A stretch of 64,000 bases of DNA from Octopus vulgaris (GCA_951406725.2 OX597818.1:133796001-133860000), one strand, 5' to 3'. Counted from the first letter of the stretch, positions 1 through 11,403 are shown. Translations and numbers: made by a program. The notes: generated by a model from the letters alone, not told the origin.

Positions 1-270
1 ATGCGAATATGAACTGCAGATCCAGGAATTCAATCTACTGTGCCACATGTCCTGAATGCAACAAATACTACATTGGTGAAGCAGGCATCAGACTATATGA
101 GAGAGGAAGGGTACACAAACAACAGATCTATGACCCATCCATTCGAAACATAACTTGTAGTGAACGTTTTGAAAAATGTGGAAAAAGAAAATGCAAAATA
201 GTCACTTTTTTCAAACTGTGGACAGAAAATGAACATTTTCATAAGGCCAAGGAAGAATATTTTATTTAAA
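1..270 (+). mobile_element. Penelope-like element (Naiad-like), C-terminal GIY-YIG endonuclease fragment
   Basis: ORF 9-269 reads C-x4-SIYCATCPECNKYYIGEAG...HKQQI...KEEYFI: GIY/YIG motif with an internal CxxC, the same layout as the endonuclease at 4249-4479. Confidence 0.85.
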
Positions 271-1550
271 AATATCATCCTATTTTGATGATTACACTAT
301 TTTCCTTTCTATGATGTTCTGTATTATGTATATTTTTTGTGACTTTATGTAAGCAAGTCTCCTTTTCACTAAATCATAAACCCATAAAAACTATAAAATA
401 ATACATACATATTGTAACATTACAAATTATAAAATCTCTTCAGTCTAAATATCTTTAACTGCCCTCAATACTTCCATACCTATTACACCCACTTTTCGGA
501 TTACCTTTATCTCTTCCCTACCTCTAATTTTAATCCCGTCTCTTTTATATGTAGGTTATATGTATTTCTTATTATTTTGTTTTCTTATTTTGATATCCTT
601 ACTTATTAACCACTTATTCCTTATAAATTGGTGTTTTTCTTGTTCTTAAATAGATATTTTTCAGTTACTTAAGTCTATGTGAGACATTTATACTATATCC
701 ATATAAATGTATAAATATTTGTGTATGTATATATATGTGTATATGCACATATATAAATATGTGTGTATCTGCATGCATCTTTACATTTTTCTGATGCATG
801 ACTTAAAATTAATAGACAGCATGTATATCTTTCCAGTTATCCCATAAGTAAATGCCCTGAGCAGTCTTTATAGAAACCACCTAATAAGTAATTAATTAAG
901 TACATGAATGAACATTAAAGTAATTCTAAGTAATCTTCCTTTTTAATGTTTATAATTGATATATATACACACCTTTTACCTATTTAGGTTATGATATCAT
1001 TTTTAAAATTATTAAATTTTACTTTTATACAACATAACAATATTGTTTATAAACAATCACCTATAATGCCCCTAAATAAAATTTCCTCTGTCTTAACATC
1101 TTAGGTTTCTTGGCGCCTTGCCCCTTTAACTGGTAATTAACATCATGATTTAAAGTCTACCCCTACCCTACCTCTTTTTATAGACAGTTACTTATATCCA
1201 ACTGACTACTCCTAATGTCTTATTTCCTCCCTGGACAAAAGGGATACATAAGATAATATTTATGACTTTACCTAGCCATGAGCTGTCAACTCACTCGTGT
1301 CCTTTATTCGAAACAGACAGTCTTCTACTCTTAAATTTAGTAGTTGATAAAGAGATAAGTGAATTAGAAATGAATTGCAATCACTTACAACCATATGATC
1401 CCACTATGCTCCATGCAATTCTTAGAAGTGTAGTCAGTCCTTAGCTACAATAGTGACAACATGAATTTCTTCCATTTTCCTACTCTGTTAAAATATTTGA
1501 GAAAAATTATATAAATGTGTCCTACTTGTTAAAATTATATTTATTCATGT

Positions 1551-1638
1551 GTGCAGCTGAAGTTGGCGCTGCATTTAAATTGATGTAACGATTGCAATGT
1601 TCAATTAAATGGAACCCCTTGAAATGGTCGTACTGCAT
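1551..1638 (+). ncRNA. Degenerate type I hammerhead ribozyme in PLE 3' repeat
   Basis: gtgcag-CTGAAGT-(long stem II)-GAAAT-GGTC-GTA-ctgcat; paralog of 2365-2453 with a core substitution (A9 to U) and a weakened stem III. Confidence 0.65.
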
Positions 1639-1753
1639 CGCTACTTAATATCCAGTTGCTTATTTTGATTTTATTCACCTTACTTCAAGTGGTGCGGACT
1701 GACTTGGTGCTTCAAATTAAGTACTGAATTCAACTGAATCTTAATTATGTGTT

Positions 1754-1789
<36 letters not shown>

Positions 1790-1854
1790 TGTGCGTGTGC
1801 ATCTGTGCATGTGTGTTTGTGTGTATGTATATAAATAATATAACTATTCTGCCT

Positions 1855-2110
1855 ATATGTCTGTGCACACCTTTGAATGCAATGTATGCCAGAAAGGTTT
1901 TCAAATCTAAAGGAGGACCCAGAAAACATCTTAAGATCCACAAACATCACAAGTTATCTGCAGCTCTTAGTGGTCCAGATCAGATACACAATCTGTGTGG
2001 GTGTTTTTTAAGAACGTCATCTGGTTTAAAAAGCTACATTAGATACCATCATGGTTCTAGGGTGTAGGTTCAGGTGGTCAAAATCTGCATAAGGAGTAGA
2101 CAACCACCAT
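1855..2110 (+). mobile_element. RTE-type LINE 3' end with C-terminal C2H2 zinc-finger relics
   Basis: FECNVCQK/[frameshift]VFKSKGGPRKHLKIH and LCGCFLRTSSGLKSYIRYH, then a stop and a short 3' UTR running into (AT)n. Similar fingers end RTE/BovB ORFs. Confidence 0.55.
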
Positions 2111-2561
2111 ATATATATATATGTATGTGTGTGTGTGTGTGTGTGTGTGTTGTATGTGTGTTTGTGTGTGTATATATGTATAAATGCATATATATATATG
2201 TATATACATGTATATATATATGTATATATATGTATATATGTATGTGTATATATATATGTATATATATATGTATATATATATGTATATATATGCATCTTGG
2301 AAATTTTAGGTATAATTATACTAATGTGTCCATCTGTTCTAATTTAATTAAATTCTATGTCTTCGTGCAGCTGAAGATTGCTCTGCATTTTAAATTGATG
2401 TAATGATTGCATTGTTCAATTAAATGGAGTTGCATGAAACGATCGTACTGCATTACTTCTGGATATCCCTATAATTATTTTGGTATGTAAATAAATATGT
2501 ATATATATGTATGTACGTATATGTATATATATATGTATATATATGTATATGTATATATGTA

Positions 2562-2616
<55 letters not shown>

Positions 2617-2645
2617 ATATATATGTGTGGGTGTATATATATAAA
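2110..2645. repeat. Compound (TA)n/(TG)n microsatellites flanking a PLE-type repeat
   Basis: Directly visible simple repeats. Confidence 0.95.
2365..2453 (+). ncRNA. Type I hammerhead ribozyme, canonical core
   Basis: Stem I gtgcag (2365-70)/ctgcat (2448-53); CTGAAGA 2371-77; extended stem II (gctc/gagt, cattt/aaatg, aattga/tcaatt); GAAAC 2436-40; palindromic GATC loop; GTA triplet 2445-47. Confidence 0.8.
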
Positions 2646-2659
2646 TCTAGACATATATG

Positions 2660-3510
2660 TTCTTTTTGTATCACCTACTGTCCAAATGTTTTCTTGTTGT
2701 CTGTTACGTTCTTGTTCCATCTTATGTTTTGATTTTTCATATATACATATAGCAGTGTATGCACCCTTTTGGTCTCCTGTATGTATGTACATATATATAT
2801 ATCCAAATTCTGTACAACTCTTTCCTTTAGTGCCTTTCACACTTTCTTCATTTGTACCACTTTTTCTCACTCCCACTCTGTCATATTTTTTGGCAGTCGC
2901 TTCATTCTCATTACTTTCCCTCTTCCCTTAGCTTAGTCTGTCCTCTTTCTTTTTCTCTCTTCTTCTCATCCCTCCCTAATTCTTCAATCCATCTACCCAC
3001 TACCTCTCTCTTCTCCCTTTCACGTTGACCAGGTGCTCGACCAAGCCTGACCTTTCTTTCTTGGTTTGACTACCATCCATGTAGCATCTCTCATATTTCT
3101 TCCCATGACTTTTATCTATGTTTCTGCTGTAAGGCTTCACTTCCACACACACCAGCTTAATTTAATTCATCCCTAGTCTAAAGACACCTGTTGCTAATGT
3201 CCTGTTGGTTGCATTTCTATTTGTGTAACATTTCTCCATATTTTTTCGTCCTTGTTTTCGTATACATTCACTTGCTTTTTTCCAAAGAATCTAGTGCTCT
3301 TAGCTTAGATTTCCTTGGGGCCAGCCAGATTAGAGCAGTCTCGAGATTAACAGGCTGAAAATGCAAAGATGGTCTGCTTCTCAACTGAAGATTCAAAGCT
3401 CTGAATGACCTCTCCTTGTTTTTCCTTCCTTTTTTGCATCACCTACTGTCCAAATTTTTTCTTGTTGCATGTTATGTTCTCATTCCATTTTTTGTATTGA
3501 TTTTTTTGTG
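2660..3510. mobile_element. Non-autonomous repeat with ~80-bp terminal direct repeats, embedded in (TA)n (PLE pLTR-like)
   Basis: atcacctactgtccaaat...gttc...gatttt occurs at ~2670-2740 and ~3438-3505; related sequence at 21670-21970 and, inverted, at 44450-44580. Confidence 0.55.
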
Positions 3511-3645
3511 TGTACATATATATATATATGCATGTATGTATGTATATGTATAAATGTATGTATATATATATATATGTATATATATATAAGTATGTATATA
3601 TATATATGTATATATATATATGTATATATATATTATATATATATG

Positions 3646-3709
<64 letters not shown>

Positions 3710-5791
3710 TAATATGTATGGGGAAAGTAAGAAGAAAAAAACGAAAATGCACATTGACTATAAAAAAACAAAGGTTTTTTATGAAAAGTAATGATAAATA
3801 TATACAATTAGATGAACTGAGGTAGAATTAAGAGGAATAAAAGTCATTATTTTGAATTGTTAAAGGGATTCAAGTCATACCGGTTTTATCAATTGCTGAT
3901 CACTGGCTTTGAATGTGCACCAATTACCAAATGGTGTCGGGTCTACAACTCCCTGAGTAAAAAGTTATATGCAAGGGAGGTAAGTAGTTCTGGGAGTGGT
4001 GGAATTAGGGTACATGTAATATTGTAATATAAATGATGTATGGAATGTATGGAAATTAGTGGTATTAACGGTAAGGTTAGTAGTGCTCTATATTATGTTA
4101 TGTGTTCATGTTGAGTTGTGTATGATATTTATTGATGAAAGTTACTTCTTTATTCATTCTTTACTGAACTGAGGTGTTCTGTGAACATTGATATAAAGGG
4201 AAAATTTTGAAGTTAGGATTAAGGTTCCTAGCACACCTTTCTATGCGTTCACTGACTTGTAAATCTGTATTGTGGGTAGCATATTTGTTCTTTGTGAAGA
4301 GTTCTTCTTCGACGAAGTGACATTCCTGTTTGGCCAATATAATGATTACCGCACCCTAAGCAGGTAATGGCATAGATTAGATTTTCCAAGGCACAGGTGA
4401 AATATGATCTCATCTTAAATATTTCACCTTGTTTAAAGTGGAACTCTGTACCCTCCAAAAGGTGGGGCATGTGCCACAATTAGGCCAACTGCATTTTTTC
4501 ACTTTTGGTTCCTTTGTTAATGGATATAGTCTCGCATTGGTTAATATTTTTTCCGATGATTTCGGTTGCATTTTGCTCTTGATAATTTTGTGTGAGCCTA
4601 AAATTTTGTTCATTGTATAATCTCCTGTGAGGATGGGTAGATTTTGGATGATAATGTTAAAGGCCTCATTGTTTCTAGGGTTGTGTGTGGAGATGTATGG
4701 GAGTATTTTTAAGTCTGGTGTAATATTTCAGTTGACTTCACTTAATGTTCATGTGTCTATTTCCTTTGCTCATTTAATCCCATCATTTATTAATGATGCT
4801 GGGTAATGTCTCTTGATTAGTATTGATCTGAGTTCAAGGAGTATTGGTGTCCGAAACCATGGTACAGATTCTTTTCGCAAGATTATAAGGTATATTAATT
4901 TATGTGTTTAGAGTGGCATGGTATTGTTTTGAATCTTTGGGTTTATAGAAGATGTCCAGTTCGATGTGATTATTGACTATTTTAATTAGGATGTCAAGAA
5001 AAGGGAGTTGTTTATTGCTATGTTCCATGGTGAATTGTATGTTGCTATTGATATTGTTGAGCATTATTTTGAAATCAAGGAGTTTGTCCAAGCTATCTTT
5101 CCAAAGTATAAATCAATCATCTAAATACCTCTTTCAGTTCTCCTTTAAATAGCAATGAAATGAGGTGCCATATTTTTGTAGTGATGGCCAGTATATTTTA
5201 AGTTCTAGGTAACCCATTACAAGGTTTGCAATCAATGAGGCAGCTCGAATTCCCATTGCAATTCCACATCTTTGTCTATAGTAAACTGTATCGAACAGGA
5301 AATAGTTGTTCAGTAGGATGAATTTCAGTGCTGAAATTATGAATCTGTGGTTGATGCATCCTGGGATTTCTTCTGGGTAATTTTCTAGCCAGAAAGTGAT
5401 TGCTTCTATACCATAATCGTGTGCGATATTGGTGTACAAGTTCACCACATTGAATGATACTAGCAGGGACATCAGGAGGTGGTTTGAATAAGATGTCGAG
5501 GAAATTGCTCAAACGATGGGTTTCACAAGCAGGGCCAGCAATGATGAGTTTTAGTTTGAGGTGAGTAGGGGGGAGGAACATTAATGCATAGGCTTTTGAG
5601 AATCTTTGCAAGCTTTACAAATATGTGAATTTTTGTGTAGTTTAGGTAATCCATAAAAAAAAATTTGGTCTGTATTTAAAATTGGATAAATAGTAAATTT
5701 CTTTTTTAGTGAGGCTCTTTCCATGTACTTGAAGTAAAGAAGATAACTTTTTAAGTGTCTGCTATGGATTGTATTGTAGTATCTTCTCATA

Positions 5792-6335
5792 CGAAGGTGA
5801 GTCAAAAAGTAATGCCACTTTGCTTAGGACAGGTATAATTACCAACACAGGAACATGTATAATACATCAAAATGAAGCTGGTCCTTTGTGGATCACATCC
5901 CTTCTTCTCAACATAGCCACCATTTCTCTCAAAAGCAATGTTCTACCTTCAAATGAGAGCATGTATCCCTGCCCCGTAAAATTCTGTTGACTGTTCTTTG
6001 AGCCACTTCTTCACTACACTTTTTACTTCCTCATCACTGGAATAATATTTGCCTCTCAAACCCTCTTTCATGGGGCTGAAGAGATTATAGTCTGAATGCG
6101 CTAAATTATTCCAGTGAAGAAGTGGCTCAAAGAACAGTCAATAGAATTTTACGGGGCAGGGATACATGCTCTCATTCGAAGCTGGAACATTGCTATAGAG
6201 AGAAACAGTGACTATGTTGAGAAGTAGTGATGTGATCCACAGACGACCAGCTTCATTTTGATATATTATACATGTTCCTGTGTTTGTAATTATACCTGTC
6301 CTAAACAAAAGGCCTTACTTTTTGACTCACCCTCG
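5792..6335. mobile_element. Mariner-derived fold-back element with TA target-site duplication
   Basis: TA|cgaaggtgagtcaaaaagtaa ... ttactttttgactcaccctcg|TA. Both arms encode the mariner transposase C-terminus (KKWLKEQSxEFYGAGIHALI...YVEK*). Removing it restores the PLE frame MLENNIYY|EKILQYNP. Confidence 0.9.
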
Positions 6336-7129
6336 TAGTAAATATTGTTTTCCAACATGGAGAGTATTAAATTTTTATAGTACTCAGTGTCCATCACCAC
6401 TACCGCACTTCCTTTATCGGCTTCTTTAATGGTCAGGTTTATATCATTTTTAACTTGATTAGGTTTTTCCATTCATTTGAGTTAAGGTTGGATTTAATTC
6501 GTTGTTTTTATAGGGTATTGAAAGGAAAATTGGTAATGTGTTCACAAAAACCATCAAGTGCATTATTTCTCCCTTTTATAGAACCGTATTCGCTTTTGTT
6601 TTATTCTATTGAGTCATCTTCACTGGTGTAGTTATGAAGTGCTTCTGTGAGGTGCAATTTTCAGCAAAAATCCATAGTGTTATCCTTGATTTCATTTGGG
6701 TTCAATCTGCGAGGGGTTGATGTAAACTTTAAACCTCTTGCTAGAATATTTGTTTGTGTAGTACTTAGGATTTTCTTTGATAAGTTGATTATTTTCGGTT
6801 GTTCTTGTACATTTTGTTCCATTTCACATCTCTGTTTCTCTGATTTAGGTCTAAAAAATGGTTGGAGTAGGTGGATTGTTGTGGCAAGTCTGTATTGTAT
6901 TTGGTTTGGTGAGGAGAAAATGGGTTTAAAGTGTGTTTGTGGTAGTGTGTTTGTGGTGGAATGACTGTGTAGTGGACTAAATTATGGTTGTACTGAGGGT
7001 TTGGGTTAAATTTATTTTCAATTTTGTAATGTGGGTGGAGGGAGAAGTTATGTTGTCAAGTTAGGTTGTGTCTAGTTGAATGCTTGAAGTATTCATGTTG
7101 AGGGTTAAGTGTCAGTGATAAGTTTATAA

Positions 7130-7360
7130 GGTGGCGAGCTGACAGAATCGTTAGCATGTCGGGCGAAATGTTTGCGGTATTTCATCTGCTGCTACGTTCT
7201 AAGTACAAATTCCGCCGAGGTCGACTTTGCCTTTCATCCTTTCGGGGTCAATTAAATAAGTACCAGTTATGCACTGGGGTTGATATAATCGACTTAATCC
7301 GTTTGTCTGTCCTTGTTTGTCCCCTCTGTGTGTAGCCCCTTGTGGGTAGTAAAGAAATAG
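7130..7360 (+). mobile_element. tRNA-derived SINE with Meta-type central domain
   Basis: Head ggcgagctgacagaatcgttagc...aaattccgcc, central gcctttcatcctttcggggtc..aaataagtacc, tail gtaaagaaatag; many copies in the window. Confidence 0.85.
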
Positions 7361-7830
7361 GTAAGTTTTTCCACTGTCTGTGAGATGATGGGGGTAGATT
7401 GGTAGGTTCTCGAAAGTTTAGGTTAGTCTGGAGGCTTGGATGGGTCTTTTGATTTGTATGCAGGGAGCCTTGAAAATTACATCTGGGTTTTCTATTACAA
7501 ACGGAATTCCTATTTGTTGCCTGGAAGTCATTTTGGGGCAGAAATGAGATTAGTTCAGTGGATTTGTGTCCCCTAGATTGTCTGTGGTTTTAGTTAGATA
7601 AATGTGATGTCCTTTCTGCATGGGTTTTTGGTTTCTTTTTCTTCAAGAAGGGGTTATCCAATATGTTTTCTATGTTGAACTGTGTTTTGTAGTTTAGGAA
7701 GAAATTAGTTTGTCTTTCCCAGCGTTGTAGGGAATTGGTTTCTTCAGTTTCGCATATTGTTTTCTATAGTTTAAAAACATTCTCCAAGAGTTGACCATCT
7801 GAATGTTTCCTTGAGTAAATATATATCGAA

Positions 7831-7985
7831 TTAACCCTTTCGTGACTGTATTTATTTTGAGATGCTCTGTGTTACTTTCAATTATTTTAAATATAACAAA
7901 GAATTTAGTAAAATAACTTAGTTATCATCAAGCTAGTGTTAGGAACATAAATTGTGACTAAGGTTTGGCGGAAGATTTTAATTAA
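7831..7985. mobile_element. Partial piggyBac-type MITE (one terminus)
   Basis: Begins TTAA|CCCTTT and interrupts the PLE upstream coding region; similar to the inverted copy ending aaagggttaa at ~51180-51364. Confidence 0.6.
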
Positions 7986-8473
7986 TTCGATATATATTTA
8001 CACATCAATGTTTTTTTAAATTTTTGTTCATTACTTAACGCTCTAAGTTTAAGGAGTTTGATTTCCGTCTTCATTTTTTTTCCAATGCTAGTTTCTCCCT
8101 TAATTGTCTTTGTTGGTCCTTCTTGTTTGGTATTAGTTTAATTTAAAATTTATGAGGTAAGATTATTGAGGTTGAATTTAACCAGCGTTCATAAATTTCT
8201 GCCTTGTAATTGATTTCAATCATATTCCAGAAAGAAAATTCTCTGGCTTTAAGTTTCTCATTCCAGATATGGATAATACGGTTTTTAATTGATTGTGTTA
8301 ACGTGAAGGATGTTCTATCGTGTGTATCATCTGTAAGAGGATTTTCATTTATACAACTATCATGAGGTAACAATTGTAGAGTGGTGCATAATTTGGTCAA
8401 ATGTTGATTGAGTTGTTCCAGAGATTGTCCCTTCTTTTCTTTTTCCTTTGTCTCTTGTGTACATTGATTAAGT

Positions 8474-8858
8474 GGAGGCGCAATGGCCCAGTGGCTAGGG
8501 CAGCGGACTCGCGGTCGTAGGATCGTGGTTTCGATTCCCAGACCGGGCATTGTGAGTGTTTATTGAGCGAAAACACCTAAAGCTCCATGAGGCTCCGGCA
8601 GGGGATGGTGGTGATCCCTGCTGTACTCTTTCACCACAACTTTCTCTCACTCTTACTTCCTGTTTCTGTTGTACCTGTATTTCAAAGGGCCGGCCTTGTC
8701 ACTCTCTGTGTCACGCTGAATATCCCCGAGAACTACGTTAAGGGTACACGTGTCTGTGGAGTGCTCGGCCACTTACACGTTAATTTCACAAGCAGGCTGT
8801 TCCGTTGGTCGGATCAACCGGAACCCTCATCGTTGTAACCGACGGAGTGCTTCCATCC
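8474..8858 (+). mobile_element. Full-length tRNA-derived SINE with 13-bp TSD
   Basis: TSD acattgattaagt at 8461-8473 and 8859-8871; pol III A box (TGGCCCAGTGG) and B box (GGTTTCGATTCC) in the head. Confidence 0.9.
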
Positions 8859-8919
8859 ACATTGATTAAGTTCATCAATCTTGTAAATTAGGTGTCTTAA
8901 ATGCAGAAACTGCCCTCGT

Positions 8920-10290
8920 TATTATTATAGATTGTAAAGTTATGGTTATAATTATTATTATTCTTTCTATCGTTATTTTTATTACTATTACTATCAGCTT
9001 TGGTGGGGGGGGGTCCTGTACAATTTATTTATTTTATTTACCTTGATATTATCATTTTCAACAGGGACTTTATAGGTTCTTTGAGGTGTGTTATTTTAAT
9101 TGTTATTGTTATCATTCCCATTATTAGTATTTCTATTGTTATCATATTTGACGTTGTTATTAATATTATTATGAATCTTATCGTTCTTCCTACTATTTTT
9201 GTTATTACTACTACTATTACTATTATTGTTATTCTTATGGATTTTGTGATTATTATAATAGACATTTTGGCTATTATTCCTATTATTACAATTTTGAATA
9301 TTTATGTTATTCGGGTTATTTCTATAGGGTTCTATGTAAAGGTACTTAATTTTTTGCTTATAACCTGCTTTTTCTAATGCCCTGTTGTAGAATTCTTTAT
9401 ACTTATTAAAGATATCTTCGTTGGATCAGAAATATGAGATTCTTTTGCTGATGCCTTGTATAAGTCCTCTTTTTATAACATTTGGGTGGTTGCTAGGTGC
9501 ATTTATATATTTAAGGTTTGTATTCGGTTTAATGTACAGTTCGTGTAATCCCATGGTTAGATTACAGTTGGCATCTAAGTAGTTAATAGAATTATGTTCA
9601 TTTTCTATTGTGATAGTTTAACCAAAACATTTAAAGAACTTATATAGTTTTTCTTTAGTAGTTCTAGTTTCCTATTTGAGGTATTTTGAAGGATAAATAA
9701 TGTGTCATCTTTGTAAAAGCCTCTCCTGATCTCTCGGAATTCTTCATGTAAATGCGATAATAAGTAAATGCCTACTAAGTCAGAAACCTGTGCTAAATCA
9801 GTGGCTCCCATAGTGATGTCGAAGTTATTGGGGGTATCCTTTCTTACCCATAATTTGTTAACGAATTTTATTATAGATTTCCTAGCTTCTATGCTTACCT
9901 TAATTTCATTCATAGTCAGTTCAGTATGTTTTTTGGTGAAAATAATCATAGGGTTAATTGATGAGTAGTAGTTCTCTATGTCTATTTGTAGGAACTTAAA
10001 GCTATTTTTATTCTGTATCTTGGATAACCAGTTAAGGGTGTCATAGGTATTTGACCATAAATCAAGGGTGATTTTATATTTTATAGTAGGGATATATTTA
10101 TCTAATATTAAGTTACTTAGTTTACATAGATCAGATTTATTGGGGCAGATTAGTCTAACTTTCATGTCTGTTAAAAAATTTACTTTATGGTCCTTAATTG
10201 TTATGCGGGGTCTGGAAGGTGCAAAAAGTTCAGTTTTCTCTTCTATGTTATAGTTGGTCGTAATTTTCTTGGCAAATCCCCCATGATAAT
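8920..10290 (-). mobile_element. Second Penelope-like element, RT fragment plus N-rich linker
   Basis: KDHK..VRLICPNKSDLCKLS, FLQIDIENYYSSI, FDITMGATDLAQVSDLVGIYLL, GFYKDD (ORF 9605-10165); a different PLE subgroup from 3840-8920. Confidence 0.85.
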
Positions 10291-10864
10291 TCCCTCTGTA
10301 TTAACATCATAGGTATTATTAGCATCTTTCCCCTTTAACTGGTAATCAATATCTTGATTTAGGGTCTTCCCCAAACCAGCCTCCTATATAGACAGTTACT
10401 CGCACATTTCCCAAAATCCTGATAATATTTATGACCATACCCAACTATAAACTGTCAACTCACTCTGTCTATCCATTCTAGACAGACACTGTCCTCTGGC
10501 CTTAGATTTAGTAGTTGATAAAAAAGACTAATAAATCAAAAAATGAACCACAATCAATCACAGTAAACTGCAGCCATGCTAGAAGACCACCATGACTAGT
10601 GTACTTGAATAAATCAACCCCAGTACTTATTTTTAAGCCTTGTACTGATTCTGTCAGTTTCTTTTTGCTGAACTGTTAAGTTACAGGGACATAAACAAAC
10701 TAACACTGGTAATCAAGTGATGGATGGGGGACAAACAGAAGCATGAAGATACGGCCAGATATATTTTCATAGAAGATTGGAAACAAAGGACACTGCTTCT
10801 ATAATGGCAATAATCATTTACAGTAATTGCATAATTTCAAAACAAGGTGACATGAACCCAAACC

Positions 10865-11088
10865 TTAACCCTTTAGCATTCAGATTATTCTGTCAATTGT
10901 AATGCTTATTTATTCACAGTTTTAAAGTAATCATGCATTGTCTTATAGTTTTCAGATTTTTATAAGGCAACTTAATTTTTAGAATGATATTGTAAGGTAG
11001 GTGTGAAGGGCCAAATCAGACCACTTAAAACATAAAGCAGATAATATATTTTAGCTGGATATGGCTGATTTAAATGCTCAAGAGTTAA
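10865..11088. mobile_element. piggyBac-type MITE
   Basis: TTAA|ccctttagcatt ... aatgctcaagag|TTAA; inverted copies at ~12160-12380 and ~18839-19050, fragment at ~55209. Confidence 0.75.
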
Positions 11089-11403
11089 ATGACAGCTGCT
11101 CTTTTATTAAACTTTGTGATAATTAAGATATTTTGCTATGTATGTATGAATATTCTATTTTTCCTATTAGAGATATTGTTGAAAATTGTACATTATTAAA
11201 GTTGCTAATGAGAAGATGAGAATGTAAAGATTACAAAATAACAGGAAAATAAGAAAATTATATTTATCACTTTTCAAATGTTATGCTTATTCAACTATTG
11301 TAGTCAATGATTTACTCATTGTTTTACAATAAGTTATTTCCTACAATAAATGCTCTCTCTTATTTTTACAAATGTTGTAGATAAGGTGCAGGAGTGGCTA
11401 TAA

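Larger units (their letters stand above)
3840..8920 (-). mobile_element. Near full-length decayed Penelope-like retroelement (Naiad-like; RT + GIY-YIG) with nested insertions
   Basis: Minus-strand motifs in order: IINLS..LARGLKFTSTP (~6790), IKEADKGSAVVVMD (~6430), FYGLPKLHK, IIAGPACETHRLS, SFNVVNLYTNI, GIAMG..ASLIANLVMG, KRYLDD (~5120), LPFLDILI, KKC-x3-CGTC, NLIYAITCLGCGNHYIGQTG, ORF end ~4100. Several stops and frameshifts. Confidence 0.92.

Noticed and set aside
1870-2055. C2H2 zinc-finger gene
   Set aside because: Frameshifted, no TGEKP linkers, followed by a short UTR and tail; better explained as an RTE C-terminus.
3840-3915. Possible hammerhead/SECIS in the Naiad-like PLE 3' end (minus strand ccagtga-tcagcaattgat-aaaaccggta, then atgacttgaat..attcaa)
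   Set aside because: Position is right, but both hammerhead boxes are mutated and stem I is absent; the AUGA/AA/GA spacing and helix do not fit a SECIS.
8474-8550. tRNA-like sequence with A and B boxes
   Set aside because: It is the head of a SINE with a body and TSD; no complete cloverleaf or terminator.
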